64,000 bases of DNA from Candidatus Hydrothermales bacterium (GTDB taxonomy: Bacteria > Hydrothermota > Hydrothermia > Hydrothermales > JAJRUZ01), in NCBI GenBank assembly GCA_039630575.1, contig JBCNUW010000005.1, forward strand, positions 23,949 to 87,948, given 5' to 3'. Made by a program: the position numbers and the translations under genes. The notes beneath the pieces are model-generated. The model saw only the letters and a list, made by a program, of their open reading frames with translations, had not been told where the DNA came from and made no database searches. Within the stretch, counting starts at the first letter, position 1. Each line of letters begins with the position of its first letter. This document shows positions 50,385 through 62,573 of the stretch, piece after piece.

Positions 50385-51528
50385 TTTTATCCTTATTGTC
50401 ACTTTTTTACTTTCACTTTCTTTTTTATGTTCAGGTTTTGAGACTGCCTTTGTTTCACTAGATATTGACAAAATATTTATGGCTTCTTCTAAGTATGCCA
50501 GAAGGGTTCTATTAGGAAAACCAAGAGAAATATTGAATACTATCCTTTTTGTTAATAACTTAGTAAATGCTTCAATCGCAATAATTCTGACAGGTTACTT
50601 TGCAAAAACTTTCACATTATGGAAGGCTGTTTTCTCCGGGACTTTTCTGTCTTTTGCAATGATTATTACAATTGGTGAATTTCTCCCTAAATATATTGCT
50701 TCAAAATTTCCATTTCGTTTTATAAAATATGGACATCACATTATATTTTTTTTCTATTTTATTTTTTCCCCTTTCATAAATATACTTACAAGAATTTACA
50801 ATAAACTTTTAAAAGTTGAATTGGAGTCAAAGAGAGATGAACTTTTATGGCTTATCTTAGAGAAGGAGAGAATGGGAATTATTCCACCTGAAATAGCAAG
50901 AGCTTTAAAATCCTCTCTTTACTTTAGCGAAAAGGAAGTAGTAGAAGTTTTAAAACCAAGAACCGAGCTTGTGGCAATTAGTATAGAAGATCCACTTGAT
51001 TATTCAAAAAAGCTTTGTTCAAATTTAGAATATAACAAAATTCCTGTATTTAAGGGTAAGCTAGATAATATAATCGGATATATTTTGAGAACTGATCTAA
51101 AGGACTGTCAAGATGTAAATGATATTTCTTCCAAAATAAGAAAAATTCTTTTCTTTTCAGAAAACACAAAGCTTGAAAGGGCTGTTAAAGAAATGAGAAA
51201 GAGTGATATTTCTATTGCCATGGTTGTGGATGAATACGGAAATTTAAAAGGTTTTTTTACATTAGAGGATGTTATTTTAGAGCTTGTTGGAGAATTATAC
51301 GAATTTGAGAAAGATCTTGTTGTGGATGGTAAAACAAGAATTGATGATTTAAAAGAAGTTTACGGAATTATTTTTCCCAGGGGTCGTTATGAGACCATAG
51401 CTGGATTTTTAATTGATTTAAAGGGTGATCTCCCCCAAGAAAATGAAATTATTGAATTCAATGATTACAAATTTCAGGTAATTTCAAGAGATGAAAAAAG
51501 TATAAAAAAGATTAGGATTTTTAAGTAG
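50371..51528 (+). CDS. CNNM/CBS/CorC hemolysin-family protein
   Basis: SGFETA, GEFLPK, VVDEYG, TLEDVI.ELVGE, TIAGF. Confidence 0.88.
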   Translation: MMDISFILIVTFLLSLSFLCSGFETAFVSLDIDKIFMASSKYARRVLLGKPREILNTILFVNNLVNASIAIILTGYFAKTFTLWKAVFSGTFLSFAMIITIGEFLPKYIASKFPFRFIKYGHHIIFFFYFIFSPFINILTRIYNKLLKVELESKRDELLWLILEKERMGIIPPEIARALKSSLYFSEKEVVEVLKPRTELVAISIEDPLDYSKKLCSNLEYNKIPVFKGKLDNIIGYILRTDLKDCQDVNDISSKIRKILFFSENTKLERAVKEMRKSDISIAMVVDEYGNLKGFFTLEDVILELVGELYEFEKDLVVDGKTRIDDLKEVYGIIFPRGRYETIAGFLIDLKGDLPQENEIIEFNDYKFQVISRDEKSIKKIRIFK

Positions 51529-51535
51529 CTATTTT

Positions 51536-52552
51536 TTAGTCAACTTTCAATACAATTTTACCAAAAACTTTTTTTTCTTCTAAAAGTATATGGGCATCTT
51601 TTATTTTTTCAAGTGGTAAAACTCTATCAATAACAGGTTTAATCTTTCCACTGTTTAATAGATTTATACCTTGCAAGAGATGTTTTCTTGCACCCATAGT
51701 TGAGCCTATGAGACTTATTTGTTTAAAGAAGATGTATCTTAAATCAATGCTCGTATCAAATCCTGAAGTGGCACCACAGGTTATTATTTTGCCCCCCCAT
51801 TTTGAAATTCTTAATAGGCTAAAAAGGAAGTCCTTTCCAATGTGATCAAAGATAACATCAATCTTTTTTCCTTTTAACTTTTTCTCCCAATCTTTATCTG
51901 TGTAATTGATTATTTCATCTGCTCCAAGTTCTTTAGCTTTTTTAAGTTTATCATCACTGCTTGAACCTGCAACTACATAACAGTTTAAGGCCTTTAATAT
52001 CTGAATAAGCATCACACTGACTCCGCTTCCTGCTGCCATAACTAAGGCAGTTTGAAAAGGTTTAATTTTACTTTTTTTTACCATCTGCATAGCTGTAAGA
52101 AGAGTAAGAGGTAGACATGCTGCTTCTTCAAAACTAAGATTTGATGGATATGGCATTAAAAGTTCTTTCTTTACAACTATGTACTCTGCATTTCCTCCTT
52201 TTACATTTTCTCCAAGTATTTTATATTCTTTACAGAAATTTTCCTTTCCAGATATACATTTTTCACAATAACCACAGAAAGTAGCTGGGTAGAGGATTAC
52301 TTTATCATTTTTTTTAAAATAAGTATTTTCATCCTTTATTTCTTCAATAACACCTGCAATATCTGATCCCAAAATGTGAGGAAACTGAATTTTAAGGTTT
52401 GGTAGCCCTCTTCTTACCCATATATCAAGGTGATTTAGAGAACAGGCTTTAACCTTTACTTTCACCTCTCCTTCTCTTATCTCAGGTTCATTAATTTCAC
52501 CAATTTTTAATACTTCAGGTCCACCATGGTTTTCTATATAGGCTGCCTTCAT
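51536..52552 (-). CDS. zinc-binding (MDR) dehydrogenase / quinone oxidoreductase
   Basis: NHLDIWVRRG, GSDIAG, CGYCEKC..C, AAGSGV, GSTMG, FGKIVL. Confidence 0.9.
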   Translation of the reverse strand: MKAAYIENHGGPEVLKIGEINEPEIREGEVKVKVKACSLNHLDIWVRRGLPNLKIQFPHILGSDIAGVIEEIKDENTYFKKNDKVILYPATFCGYCEKCISGKENFCKEYKILGENVKGGNAEYIVVKKELLMPYPSNLSFEEAACLPLTLLTAMQMVKKSKIKPFQTALVMAAGSGVSVMLIQILKALNCYVVAGSSSDDKLKKAKELGADEIINYTDKDWEKKLKGKKIDVIFDHIGKDFLFSLLRISKWGGKIITCGATSGFDTSIDLRYIFFKQISLIGSTMGARKHLLQGINLLNSGKIKPVIDRVLPLEKIKDAHILLEEKKVFGKIVLKVD

Positions 52553-52961
52553 TTAATGTTCTTTTTTATTTTATAAACATTCCATGAACCCTTTCTCTGT
52601 ATTCTAATCCAAACTCATAATTTTTTTTAGTCAATACAACCCCATCCCTCTCCTTTTCTTTATCCACCCACTCCCAATCCATTTTATTTTCATTGTCTAA
52701 TGGAGGTTTTTCACCCTTATCCATTAACTCTATTTTTATATGATTTTTAAACTTAAAAATTTTGATTCAATTTCCCCTATTACCTCTGTAGCCGTGCTCC
52801 TCTATATTTGAAACCATTTCATCTATAACATAAACAAGTTGGTAGGAAAGTGAGGAATCAAAATTTTTTTTTAAAATTTTAAGGATTTTTTCCCTGAACT
52901 TATCCTTTTCTCTAAGTGGAGTAAAAATTTGCTCGTTATATAGAACCTCACTTCTTGACAT
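52549..52961 (-). pseudogene. RsbW-like anti-sigma / HATPase gene interrupted by a stop and frameshifts (probably sequence errors)
   Basis: DEMVSNIEEHGY (N box), then TGA, then in-frame IELMDKG; RRGMGLY (G2 box) in another frame; GSWNVYKIKKNIK* ends overlapping the next gene's ATG. Confidence 0.7.
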
Positions 52962-53100
52962 TAGAAGATTATAACAGTTAGTGTTGAAAAAAATCAAATT
53001 ATAAAGTATATATAATAATAGTTAATCGAACGCTATGCGAATAAATATTTCTATAAAGTTTTTCGGTATTCATACAAATTTCACTATTTCCCCCTCGATG

Positions 53101-53111
53101 GGTTCTAATCC
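53101..53111 (+). promoter_or_regulatory. T-loop-like leader motif GGTTCTAATCC, 24 nt before groES ATG
   Basis: GGG-TTCTAAT-CCC; an SD (GGAGGT) is also present. Confidence 0.6.
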
Positions 53112-53135
53112 CTTTATTTTTTGGAGGTAAGAATA

Positions 53136-55099
<1,964 letters not shown>

Positions 55100-55109
55100 T
55101 TAAATTCTT

Positions 55110-55139
55110 AGGGGGAGGGAAATTTTTTAACCTCCCCCT
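55110..55139 (+). terminator. hairpin after groEL (terminator or stabiliser)
   Basis: AGGGGGAGG-N12-CCTCCCCCT; weak U tract. Confidence 0.6.
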
Positions 55140-55162
55140 TAATTTAAAAGGAGGTAAAATTT

Positions 55163-55420
55163 ATGCCCATTTTTGAATTTTTGTGTGAGAAATGTGATAA
55201 AGTCTTTGAGGAACTTGTTTTACCTTCTGAGAATGAGCCTGAAAGGTGTCCTGAATGTGGTGAAAAAAGTCTCAGAAAGCTTTGGAGAGGTAGTGTAGGG
55301 CTTGTTTTTAAAGGTTCGGGATTTTATATAACTGATTATTCTAAGAATAAAAATAGTGAAAATAAGGAAAAAAAGGAAGGTAGTAATTCCTGTTGTTCAA
55401 CCTGTTCCTGCTCATTATAG
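55163..55420 (+). CDS. FmdB-family zinc ribbon protein
   Basis: MPIFEFLCEKC..CPECG..FKGSGFYITDY. Confidence 0.88.
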   Translation: MPIFEFLCEKCDKVFEELVLPSENEPERCPECGEKSLRKLWRGSVGLVFKGSGFYITDYSKNKNSENKEKKEGSNSCCSTCSCSL

Positions 55421-55422
55421 AA

Positions 55423-56274
55423 ATGTTTAAAAAAAATAAAGTAAGTGTAAAGGATATAGAATTTGGAGAGGACAAATTCATATTTATTGGTGGACCTTGT
55501 GTAATTGAAGATGAAAAATCAACTCTTATAGTTGCTGAAAAACTGAGGAAAGTAACTGATGACCTTAGTATTCGTTTTATTTTTAAATCTTCTTACTTAA
55601 AAGATAACAGATCCAGTGAACTGTCTTATCAAGGTCCAGGTATTGAAAAGGGTTTAAGAATTTTAGAGAAGGTAAAAAAGGAGCTTGATATACCAGTTCT
55701 TTCAGATGTTCATACTCCTCAAGAGGTTGATTTAGCGAAGGAGGTGCTTGACATTTTACAGCTTCCTGCTTTTCTCTGCATGCAGACCTCTTTAACTTTG
55801 TCATTAGCACGAACAGGTAAGCCTATAAATGTAAAGAAAGGTCAATTTATAGCTCCTCAAGATGTTAAGAAGATTGTCGAGAAGATAAAAAGACAAGGTA
55901 ATAGCAATATTTTAATTACAGAGAGAGGAACTTTTTTTGGTTATCATAACTTAATAGTAGATTTTCGTTCATTTAAGATCTTAAATGATATTGGATTTCC
56001 TGTTATATTTGATGCAGGTCATTCGGTTAGGAATTATGGAATTCCATCTCAAGATCCGAGGGGAGGAGATAGATCCTTTATTCCCTTACTTGTGAAGGCA
56101 GCACTTGCTACAGGATATGTTGACGCTCTGTTTTTAGAGGTTCATGAAGATCCGGAATGTGCTAAGTGTGATGCCTCAACTCAGTGGCCAATAAAAGATT
56201 TGAAAGATTTACTTAAAGTAGCTCTTGAGTTTTTCCAAAAAGGAAAAGAAACCTTAAATGAAATGAATATATAA
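55423..56274 (+). CDS. kdsA: 3-deoxy-8-phosphooctulonate synthase
   Basis: GGPCVIE, KSSYLKDNRSS, LPAFLC, NVKKGQF, ERGTFFGY. ATG 55423 preferred. Confidence 0.93.
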   Translation: MFKKNKVSVKDIEFGEDKFIFIGGPCVIEDEKSTLIVAEKLRKVTDDLSIRFIFKSSYLKDNRSSELSYQGPGIEKGLRILEKVKKELDIPVLSDVHTPQEVDLAKEVLDILQLPAFLCMQTSLTLSLARTGKPINVKKGQFIAPQDVKKIVEKIKRQGNSNILITERGTFFGYHNLIVDFRSFKILNDIGFPVIFDAGHSVRNYGIPSQDPRGGDRSFIPLLVKAALATGYVDALFLEVHEDPECAKCDASTQWPIKDLKDLLKVALEFFQKGKETLNEMNI

Positions 56275-56276
56275 CT

Positions 56277-56471
56277 TTAAGCCTTTTTATTGATTTTACA
56301 AGTTGATATACCAAAGGGAAGATACAAAGGGCAAAATCCGATAATTCCTGTTATTAAAGGTACAAGACCAATTATTCCCCACAGGCTCTTAAAGTAAATT
56401 CCAAGAAAGATTATAATTATCCCTAAAATAATTCTTATCCATCTATCTATTCCACCGACATTTTTTTTCAT
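56277..56471 (-). CDS. DUF2892 (YgaP-like) membrane protein
   Basis: MKKNVGGIDRWIR..FCPLY..GISTC. Confidence 0.9.
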   Translation of the reverse strand: MKKNVGGIDRWIRIILGIIIIFLGIYFKSLWGIIGLVPLITGIIGFCPLYLPFGISTCKINKKA

Positions 56472-56496
56472 TTTTTAATTCTTTCATTTTTGTTTT

Positions 56497-56507
56497 GGAT
56501 TTGAACC
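56497..56507 (-). promoter_or_regulatory. T-loop-like leader motif GGTTCAAATCC, 25 nt before ATG 56471
   Basis: TGG-TTCAAAT-CCA, core identical to the tRNA-Val T-loop; no SD. Confidence 0.65.
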
Positions 56508-56572
56508 ATAATAATAATTATCATATTCAATTGTTTTTTTCAAGTTTTGTTTTCTTATAATTTTTTTGATTC

Positions 56573-57970
56573 ATGGAATTTATTTTTAAAAAAAGCTATG
56601 AAGCGGAAAAAAAATTAAAATCTCTCCTTGAGATTTTTAAAAAAAAACTAAATAAAAAGTTCCTAGGTATAAGTATTTTTGATCTCGCGAACTACTCTTT
56701 TGCATGGAGAATGTTTCCTCCTTTAAGGGATGAAATTTTTTATAGTAAAGTAAGTGATAAAAATCTGATAGAAATTTTTAATAAAGTAAAAGAAAGGGAG
56801 AGATTGCTTAAGTATAAGCTTATTTTAAAAATAATAAAAAATCTATTTTGTTTTTTATTTTTTTTAATTTTTAGAAAAAGAAAATTTTCAAAAGTTATGA
56901 GTTTAATTAATTTAAAAGATGTTGATTATGTTTACTTTACAAATTCATTTAGGTCTTTTTTGAAAAATAGGGAATCATTTTATTTTCCTAAACATATTTT
57001 TTTTATGAAGTGTTCTTATAGTATATATTTAAATTCAAGAAGAGTATGTAAATCACTTTTTTACAAATTGCCAAAGGAAATAAGGTTAAAATATTATGAT
57101 GTTTTAAGTTATTATCTTTTTTACAGAATTCCTTTTCTTTTTTCATACTTTAATTTTTTTAAAAGAGAATTTAAAGAATATGAGTATTTTTTAACTTATG
57201 AGGAGGTTAGTAAATTGATGGTATTTTTTAGGTCTTTTTTTAAAAAATTTTACTGTTTTCAACATGGGCATATATGGATAAAAGATTCAATTCCAATGAG
57301 TGATTTTGGTTTTTTTCCAGTTAGAAGTGATAAAGTTTTCCTATGGGGTGAAGAGTTTAAAAGAAGATTTTTAGAAAGAGGTATAGATGAAAGGTCTCTG
57401 GATGTAATAGGTTCAGTTTTTTATGTGCCGATACTCAAATTGAATAGAGAATTGGAAAGTGAAAAGGGTAGGATTCTTTTTATAACTCAACAATTTAAAG
57501 GAATGGAAGACGAGCTTATTTATCTTTTTTCAAGATTTTTAAAGGGTTTTAAACTAGCTATGAAAGAAAGAGAAAATCTTAAACTCATTTTGAAGGCACG
57601 AAAAAGGGAAAATTTAAAAATATATAAGATTCTTTTAAAAAAATTTAATATAAAAAATTATAAAATTTTGACTGAAAATCTAATAGAAGAAATTCAAAAA
57701 GCTGAAGCAGTTTTTTCTATTTATTCAACTGCCCTTTATGAAGTCATCTTATTTAACAGATATATTTTTTGTGTATTTCCAGAGAAATGTACCCCCTTTT
57801 TTCCATATGAGATTTTTAGCATACCATATTCTGATGATCCAGAAAAAATTAAAAATTTTATAATTTCTCCATTTTTTTCTAGTTTTGACAAAACTACTTT
57901 GAAGAATTACATTTTTAATATTGATGATCCGGAATCGGTATACATGAAAATTAAAAGATACATAATGTAA
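56573..57970 (+). CDS. putative polysaccharide-biosynthesis protein (GT-B-like)
   Basis: FQHG, VFLWGE, VIGS, YSTALYE motifs; extremely AT-rich. Confidence 0.55.
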   Translation: MEFIFKKSYEAEKKLKSLLEIFKKKLNKKFLGISIFDLANYSFAWRMFPPLRDEIFYSKVSDKNLIEIFNKVKERERLLKYKLILKIIKNLFCFLFFLIFRKRKFSKVMSLINLKDVDYVYFTNSFRSFLKNRESFYFPKHIFFMKCSYSIYLNSRRVCKSLFYKLPKEIRLKYYDVLSYYLFYRIPFLFSYFNFFKREFKEYEYFLTYEEVSKLMVFFRSFFKKFYCFQHGHIWIKDSIPMSDFGFFPVRSDKVFLWGEEFKRRFLERGIDERSLDVIGSVFYVPILKLNRELESEKGRILFITQQFKGMEDELIYLFSRFLKGFKLAMKERENLKLILKARKRENLKIYKILLKKFNIKNYKILTENLIEEIQKAEAVFSIYSTALYEVILFNRYIFCVFPEKCTPFFPYEIFSIPYSDDPEKIKNFIISPFFSSFDKTTLKNYIFNIDDPESVYMKIKRYIM

Positions 57971-57978
57971 AATTAATT

Positions 57979-58734
57979 ATGTTTTTTGATACACATGCTC
58001 ACTTAAATGATGAAATTTTTTTCGAAGATCTTGATTTAGTTGTAGAAAGAGCTTTTAAGAATAAAGTAGAGAGAATAATTGTAGTAGGCTATGATGTTAG
58101 TTCTTCTGAAAGAGCAATTGAAATCTCGCGTAAATATAAAGGAAATATTTTCGCAGCATGTGCTATCCATCCTCATGATGCACGAAATTTTGAAAATGAT
58201 TTTAAAATAATAGAGGAATTATCAAAGGAGGAGGAAGTAATTGCTATAGGTGAGACAGGACTCGATTTTTATAGAAATTTCTCCCCAAGGGAAGCTCAGA
58301 TTGATTGCTTTAAAGCCTCTATTGAACTTGCTATTAAGAGGAATTTACCCCTGATTTTGCATGTCAGAAAGGCTTTTCCAGAAGTTTTTAAGATTTTAGA
58401 AGAATATAAAAATCTTAGAGGAATTTTTCATTCTTTTTCAGGTGGAATAAATGAATCAAAAAAGGCTATAGAGCTTAATTTTTGTGTCTCTTTTTCTGGT
58501 TCAATTACTTATGGTTCTAAAAAACTTGAATTAAGCTTAAAAAATCTTCCCTCAGATAGGATTTTGTTTGAAACTGATTCCCCTTATCTTACTCCAAGAC
58601 CATTAAAGGGTAGGAATGAACCCGCTAATCTCTTTTATACAGTAAACTTTGCTTCCTCTATTTTAGATATTTCTATTGAAGAGTTAGAGAAAGTTACTTC
58701 AGAAAACGCAAAAAGGCTTTTTAACCTTGAATAA
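57979..58734 (+). CDS. tatD: TatD family hydrolase
   Basis: DTHAHL, IHPH, IGETGLD, ETDSPYL. Confidence 0.93.
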   Translation: MFFDTHAHLNDEIFFEDLDLVVERAFKNKVERIIVVGYDVSSSERAIEISRKYKGNIFAACAIHPHDARNFENDFKIIEELSKEEEVIAIGETGLDFYRNFSPREAQIDCFKASIELAIKRNLPLILHVRKAFPEVFKILEEYKNLRGIFHSFSGGINESKKAIELNFCVSFSGSITYGSKKLELSLKNLPSDRILFETDSPYLTPRPLKGRNEPANLFYTVNFASSILDISIEELEKVTSENAKRLFNLE

Positions 58735-59692
58735 GAAAATTTTACTTTTGTTAAAGGTTTTTTTGACTTTCTTTTTACTTGGTGTAATTTTTTATAAGAT
58801 AGACATCAATGAATTTTTAAAAATATATAAAAGAATTAATTTTAAATATTTAGTTCCAGCTATTTTGGCCTATTATTTTGCCTTTCTTTTTCTATCTTTG
58901 AGGTGGAAGTTTTTACTCTTGGGGTATTCAGGTAAAGTAAAACTTTTAGAGATATTTAGAGTTTATTTACTTGGAATGCTTATAAACACGGTTTCACCAA
59001 GTACATTAGGTGTGGATGTTTTGAGGGGTTATTTAATAGAAAAAAAGATTAAATCGGGGAAATCTTTTGCTTTTGCCTCTGTTTTGGTTGATAGAATAGT
59101 AGGTCTTTTTGGAATTTTCTCTTTTGCACCTTTTGGGCTTCTTTTTTTAAAAGGAATCCCTAATTCACATCTTCTTTTGCTTTTTTGTGTCATAATATCT
59201 TTTTCAATAATTCTTATTCTCTTTTTAACACAATCAAATTTTTTTGAAAGGATCTTTAAAAATTTAATTAAAAATATTCATTTTGGGGAGATAAATAAAA
59301 AAATTGAAAGGTTTTATGATTCTTATAAAATTTACTCAAGGTACAAAAGACTTTTATTTTTCTCTTTCATTTTAACAATTTTTTTACAAACTTTTTTTTC
59401 AATTCAAGCTTACTATTGTGCAAGAACCCTTTCTTTTAATATTTCTCCCTTTATATTTATTTTTATCATTCCTTTGATAAATGCCTTAAATTTGATACCT
59501 CTTACGATTTCAGGACTTGGGATAAGAGAGGCAGGTTTCTACATTCTCTTTAGTCAGTATTTCTCACCAGAATCTTCTGTTTCAATTTCTTTTCTTTATT
59601 TTATCTCTGGAGTTTTTGCAAATTTACCCTTTGGTATATACCTCTTTAAATCACCATTTGAAAGTGAAAAAGAAATAAAAAATTATTTATAA
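58727..59692 (+). CDS. lysylphosphatidylglycerol-synthase TM / flippase-like protein
   Basis: LRW, PSTLGVDVLR, VDRIVG, PLTISGLGIRE. Confidence 0.85.
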   Translation: MNKKILLLLKVFLTFFLLGVIFYKIDINEFLKIYKRINFKYLVPAILAYYFAFLFLSLRWKFLLLGYSGKVKLLEIFRVYLLGMLINTVSPSTLGVDVLRGYLIEKKIKSGKSFAFASVLVDRIVGLFGIFSFAPFGLLFLKGIPNSHLLLLFCVIISFSIILILFLTQSNFFERIFKNLIKNIHFGEINKKIERFYDSYKIYSRYKRLLFFSFILTIFLQTFFSIQAYYCARTLSFNISPFIFIFIIPLINALNLIPLTISGLGIREAGFYILFSQYFSPESSVSISFLYFISGVFANLPFGIYLFKSPFESEKEIKNYL

Positions 59693-59702
59693 TTGATTTT
59701 AA

Positions 59703-60659
59703 ATGGATATTAAAGAATTATATAAACCTGTAAAGGATGGAATAGAACTAGTCAATTTTAAGATAAAGGAGATTTTTAAGGAGAGTTACTTGCCTAAGTT
59801 TCAAGATAGTTTGCTGCAAGGTAAGAGATTAAGGCCCTTACTTGTTCTTTATTCTTCTTTTGCTTTTAGAGATTTAAACGAAGAAAAAGTTCATGTAGCT
59901 TGTGCTGTTGAACTTGTTCATTTTGCATCTTTAATTCATGATGATGTAGTAGATGAAGCTAAGGAGCGAAGAAGAGCTTTCACCCTTAATTATCATTATG
60001 GAAATCACGTAGCTGTGTTATTAGGAGATTTTGTTTTTTCTAAGGCGATGGAATTCATAAGTAAGGTAAGAAATCCTGACCTATATGAAATTCTTTCAAG
60101 AACTTCTGTTGAGATGTGTGAAGGTGAAATAATTGATGAGTTTCTTGAAAGGGAAAAAAGGTTTGATTTAGAAAACTACTTAACTTTAATTAAGAAAAAA
60201 ACAGCTTCACTTTTTTCTGCAAGCTGTGAGATGGGTGCTTTGCTATCTGGATGTGTAGACATAGAAAGGATGAAGAGTTTTGGTTCAAAATTTGGTCTTT
60301 TGTTTCAAATTCTTGATGATCTTCATGATTTTTATAGAGAAGGCGAAGATATAAAAAGGAGTAAGGTAACTCTTCCTCATATACTGTTTAAAGATCTGAT
60401 AAGAGAAAAATTTCCGAAATTTTTTGTTGAAGAAAATGAAAACTTAAGTAGAAAAGTGAGAATCTTTTTGATCGAAAATGGGGTTACCGAAAAGTGTTAT
60501 GGTTTTTTAGATACTTACTTTAAAGAATTAAAGGACATAACCAAAGGATTTGATAAAACAATTAGGGATTACTTATACTCTTTTATAGATTATCTTAATA
60601 AAAATAAAATATTTTTATTCGATGAAAAAATTAAGGGTTCAAACCCAAAAATTTCTTAA
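59703..60659 (+). CDS. polyprenyl diphosphate synthase
   Basis: GKRLRP, HDDVVD..RR, KKTASLF, FQILDDLHD. Confidence 0.92.
   Translation: MDIKELYKPVKDGIELVNFKIKEIFKESYLPKFQDSLLQGKRLRPLLVLYSSFAFRDLNEEKVHVACAVELVHFASLIHDDVVDEAKERRRAFTLNYHYGNHVAVLLGDFVFSKAMEFISKVRNPDLYEILSRTSVEMCEGEIIDEFLEREKRFDLENYLTLIKKKTASLFSASCEMGALLSGCVDIERMKSFGSKFGLLFQILDDLHDFYREGEDIKRSKVTLPHILFKDLIREKFPKFFVEENENLSRKVRIFLIENGVTEKCYGFLDTYFKELKDITKGFDKTIRDYLYSFIDYLNKNKIFLFDEKIKGSNPKIS
60636..60646 (+). promoter_or_regulatory. T-loop-like leader motif GGTTCAAACCC, 19 nt before ATG 60666
   Basis: Embedded in the tail (KGSNP) of the upstream CDS. Confidence 0.55.
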
Positions 60660-60665
60660 AGAGGA

Positions 60666-61124
60666 ATGATATCTAAACTATTAAAACCTGAGTATATTAT
60701 ACTTGATCTTAAGGGGAAGACAAAAAGTGAGGTTTTGAAGGAAATGATAGAAGTTTTACCAATAGGTGAAGATAAGAAAAAAAGTGTATATGAGTCTGTT
60801 TTAAAAAGAGAAGAGATAGGTTCAACAGGGATTGGTAAGGGTATAGCAATTCCACATTCAAGGAGTGTTACTCTGGATGATGTTTATTTAGTTGTTGGTG
60901 TAAGTAAAAAAGGGGTGGATTTTGATGCTATAGATGGTAAGCCGGTTCATTTAATTTTTCTTTTGTGTGCAACACCAATAGATCCTGATTCAAGATATTT
61001 AATAACACTTGGAAAGATTGCACATCTTGCACGAATTCTCTCGAAGGATAAAAGTTATTTAAATTTTGAAAATGAAAAGAAATTCATAAGTTACATAAAA
61101 GAATTGGAGTCTAAAGGTGGCTAA
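60666..61124 (+). CDS. ptsN: PTS IIA (Ntr/Fru-type)
   Basis: RE..GSTGIGKGIAIPH, GVDFDAIDGKPVHLIF. Confidence 0.85.
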   Translation: MISKLLKPEYIILDLKGKTKSEVLKEMIEVLPIGEDKKKSVYESVLKREEIGSTGIGKGIAIPHSRSVTLDDVYLVVGVSKKGVDFDAIDGKPVHLIFLLCATPIDPDSRYLITLGKIAHLARILSKDKSYLNFENEKKFISYIKELESKGG

Positions 61125-61464
61125 AGAGAAAGTAAATATCATTAATACCTTAATTGCAATTAACGATTTAGATTCACAACTTTCAATTCTTGAAAATCCC
61201 TACTATAAGGAACTTGGTTTTGAGTTAAACGAGAAAAAAATAGAGAAATTAAGGGAAATCAGAGAAAAGGAAATAGAGAAGTTGCCTCCTGAAATAAGAG
61301 ATGAATATGAAATGTTACTTAGAAGATATGGTAAGGGAGTAGCACCTCTTATTGAGGGTACTTGTCTCAACTGCTTTGCTATACTTCCAACATCCTTACT
61401 TACCTTAGAGGGAAAAAATTTAATCAGATGCCCAAATTGTTCAGTTTTTCTTTATAAAGTTTAA
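61117..61464 (+). CDS. C4-type zinc ribbon protein (DUF164-like, short coiled coil)
   Basis: CLNCF...CPNC. Confidence 0.7.
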   Translation: MAKEKVNIINTLIAINDLDSQLSILENPYYKELGFELNEKKIEKLREIREKEIEKLPPEIRDEYEMLLRRYGKGVAPLIEGTCLNCFAILPTSLLTLEGKNLIRCPNCSVFLYKV

Positions 61465-61465
61465 A

Positions 61466-61771
61466 ATGGAAGAAAAGAATTTTGTTTCTCAACCACCTAT
61501 TCAGATAGAGCTTTCTGAGAAAGAAGCAGAGGGAATTTATTCAAATTTTGTTATGATTATTCATTCACCATCTGAATTTATTTTTGATTTTGCAAAAATA
61601 ATGCCAGGGATTCCAAAGGCAAAGGTTCAAGCTAGAATAATTATGACCCCTTCGCATGCTAAGTTACTTTTAAAGGCTCTTTCCGATAATATAGAAAAAT
61701 TTGAGCAGAGATTTGGAGAAATAAAGATTCATGAACAGGAAATTAAAAAAATAGGCTTTACTCCAAGATAG
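61466..61771 (+). CDS. DUF3467 protein
   Basis: GIYSNF..HSPSEFIFDF, ARIIMTPSHAK, FEQRFGEI. Confidence 0.88.
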   Translation: MEEKNFVSQPPIQIELSEKEAEGIYSNFVMIIHSPSEFIFDFAKIMPGIPKAKVQARIIMTPSHAKLLLKALSDNIEKFEQRFGEIKIHEQEIKKIGFTPR

Positions 61772-61820
61772 GAATTAGCTTTTCCTTGAATTTTAAACAA
61801 ATATATATTATTATTAAGAA

Positions 61821-62375
61821 ATGAAAATTTTTTTAAAGGAACTTAAAGAAGGAAAAACCCCTTTCTTTTATGAATTAAAGGGAAATGAAAGTGAAAAACT
61901 ATTTGAAAATTCAGAAATAAAAAGAGTTTCTCTAAATGTTTCAGGTTGGATTCAGAAAAAGGGTGTTGAGTATGTTTTTTATATTTCTGCTGATGGAGAA
62001 GGTTTTTTGGTGTGTTCTCGCTGCCTAAAGGAATTTAGGATTCCCATTAAAGAGGATTTTACATATAACATACTTTTGGGTAAAGATCCCTCCCTTTTGA
62101 AAAGAGATTATAATTTTACAGATAAAGATGTTTCAACAATTTATGTTGAAAACTACGAACTTGACAGTTTGCCACTGTTGAGGGAGACAGTTCTTCTTTC
62201 TTTACCACTAAAACCTTTATGTTCTGAAAACTGTAAGGGTTTATGTCCTGTATGTGGTGTAGACAGGAATAAAAAAGATTGTGGACACAAAGTGGGCGGT
62301 GCTCGTTCACCCTTTTCTGTATTACTTGAGGAGTTTAAAAGTAAGGGTTCAAGTCCTAAAGATAAAACAAAGTAA
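61821..62375 (+). CDS. yceD: DUF177 / YceD protein
   Basis: CSRCL, LCSENCKGLCPVCG; upstream of rpmF. Confidence 0.88.
   Translation: MKIFLKELKEGKTPFFYELKGNESEKLFENSEIKRVSLNVSGWIQKKGVEYVFYISADGEGFLVCSRCLKEFRIPIKEDFTYNILLGKDPSLLKRDYNFTDKDVSTIYVENYELDSLPLLRETVLLSLPLKPLCSENCKGLCPVCGVDRNKKDCGHKVGGARSPFSVLLEEFKSKGSSPKDKTK
62346..62356 (+). promoter_or_regulatory. T-loop-like leader motif GGTTCAAGTCC, 22 nt before rpmF ATG
   Basis: Embedded in the yceD tail (KGSSP); rpmF has no SD. Confidence 0.6.
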
Positions 62376-62378
62376 AAT

Positions 62379-62573
62379 ATGCCTGTTCCTAAGAGAAGGC
62401 ACTCACGTGCAAGGGGAAGAAAAAGAAGAACCCATTATAAGATAAAACTTATGAGTTTGGTTAAGTGTCCTAACTGTGGAGAATCAAAACTTCCCCATAG
62501 AGTATGTCCCCATTGTGGATACTACAAAGGAAAACCTGTTATTCATATAGAGGAGAAAGTTAAGAAAAGATAG
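62379..62573 (+). CDS. rpmF: 50S ribosomal protein bL32 (Zn-binding form)
   Basis: [29 protein letters not shown]. Confidence 0.97.
   Translation: MPVPKRRHSRARGRKRRTHYKIKLMSLVKCPNCGESKLPHRVCPHCGYYKGKPVIHIEEKVKKR

Noticed and set aside
52767..52769. In-frame TGA in the anti-sigma gene as selenocysteine
   Set aside because: Not a Cys position, and the gene has further frameshifts.
53000..53135. CIRCE element or degenerate tRNA upstream of groES
   Set aside because: No TTAGCACTC-N9-GAGTGCTAA visible, and no acceptor, D or anticodon arms accompany the T-loop hairpin.
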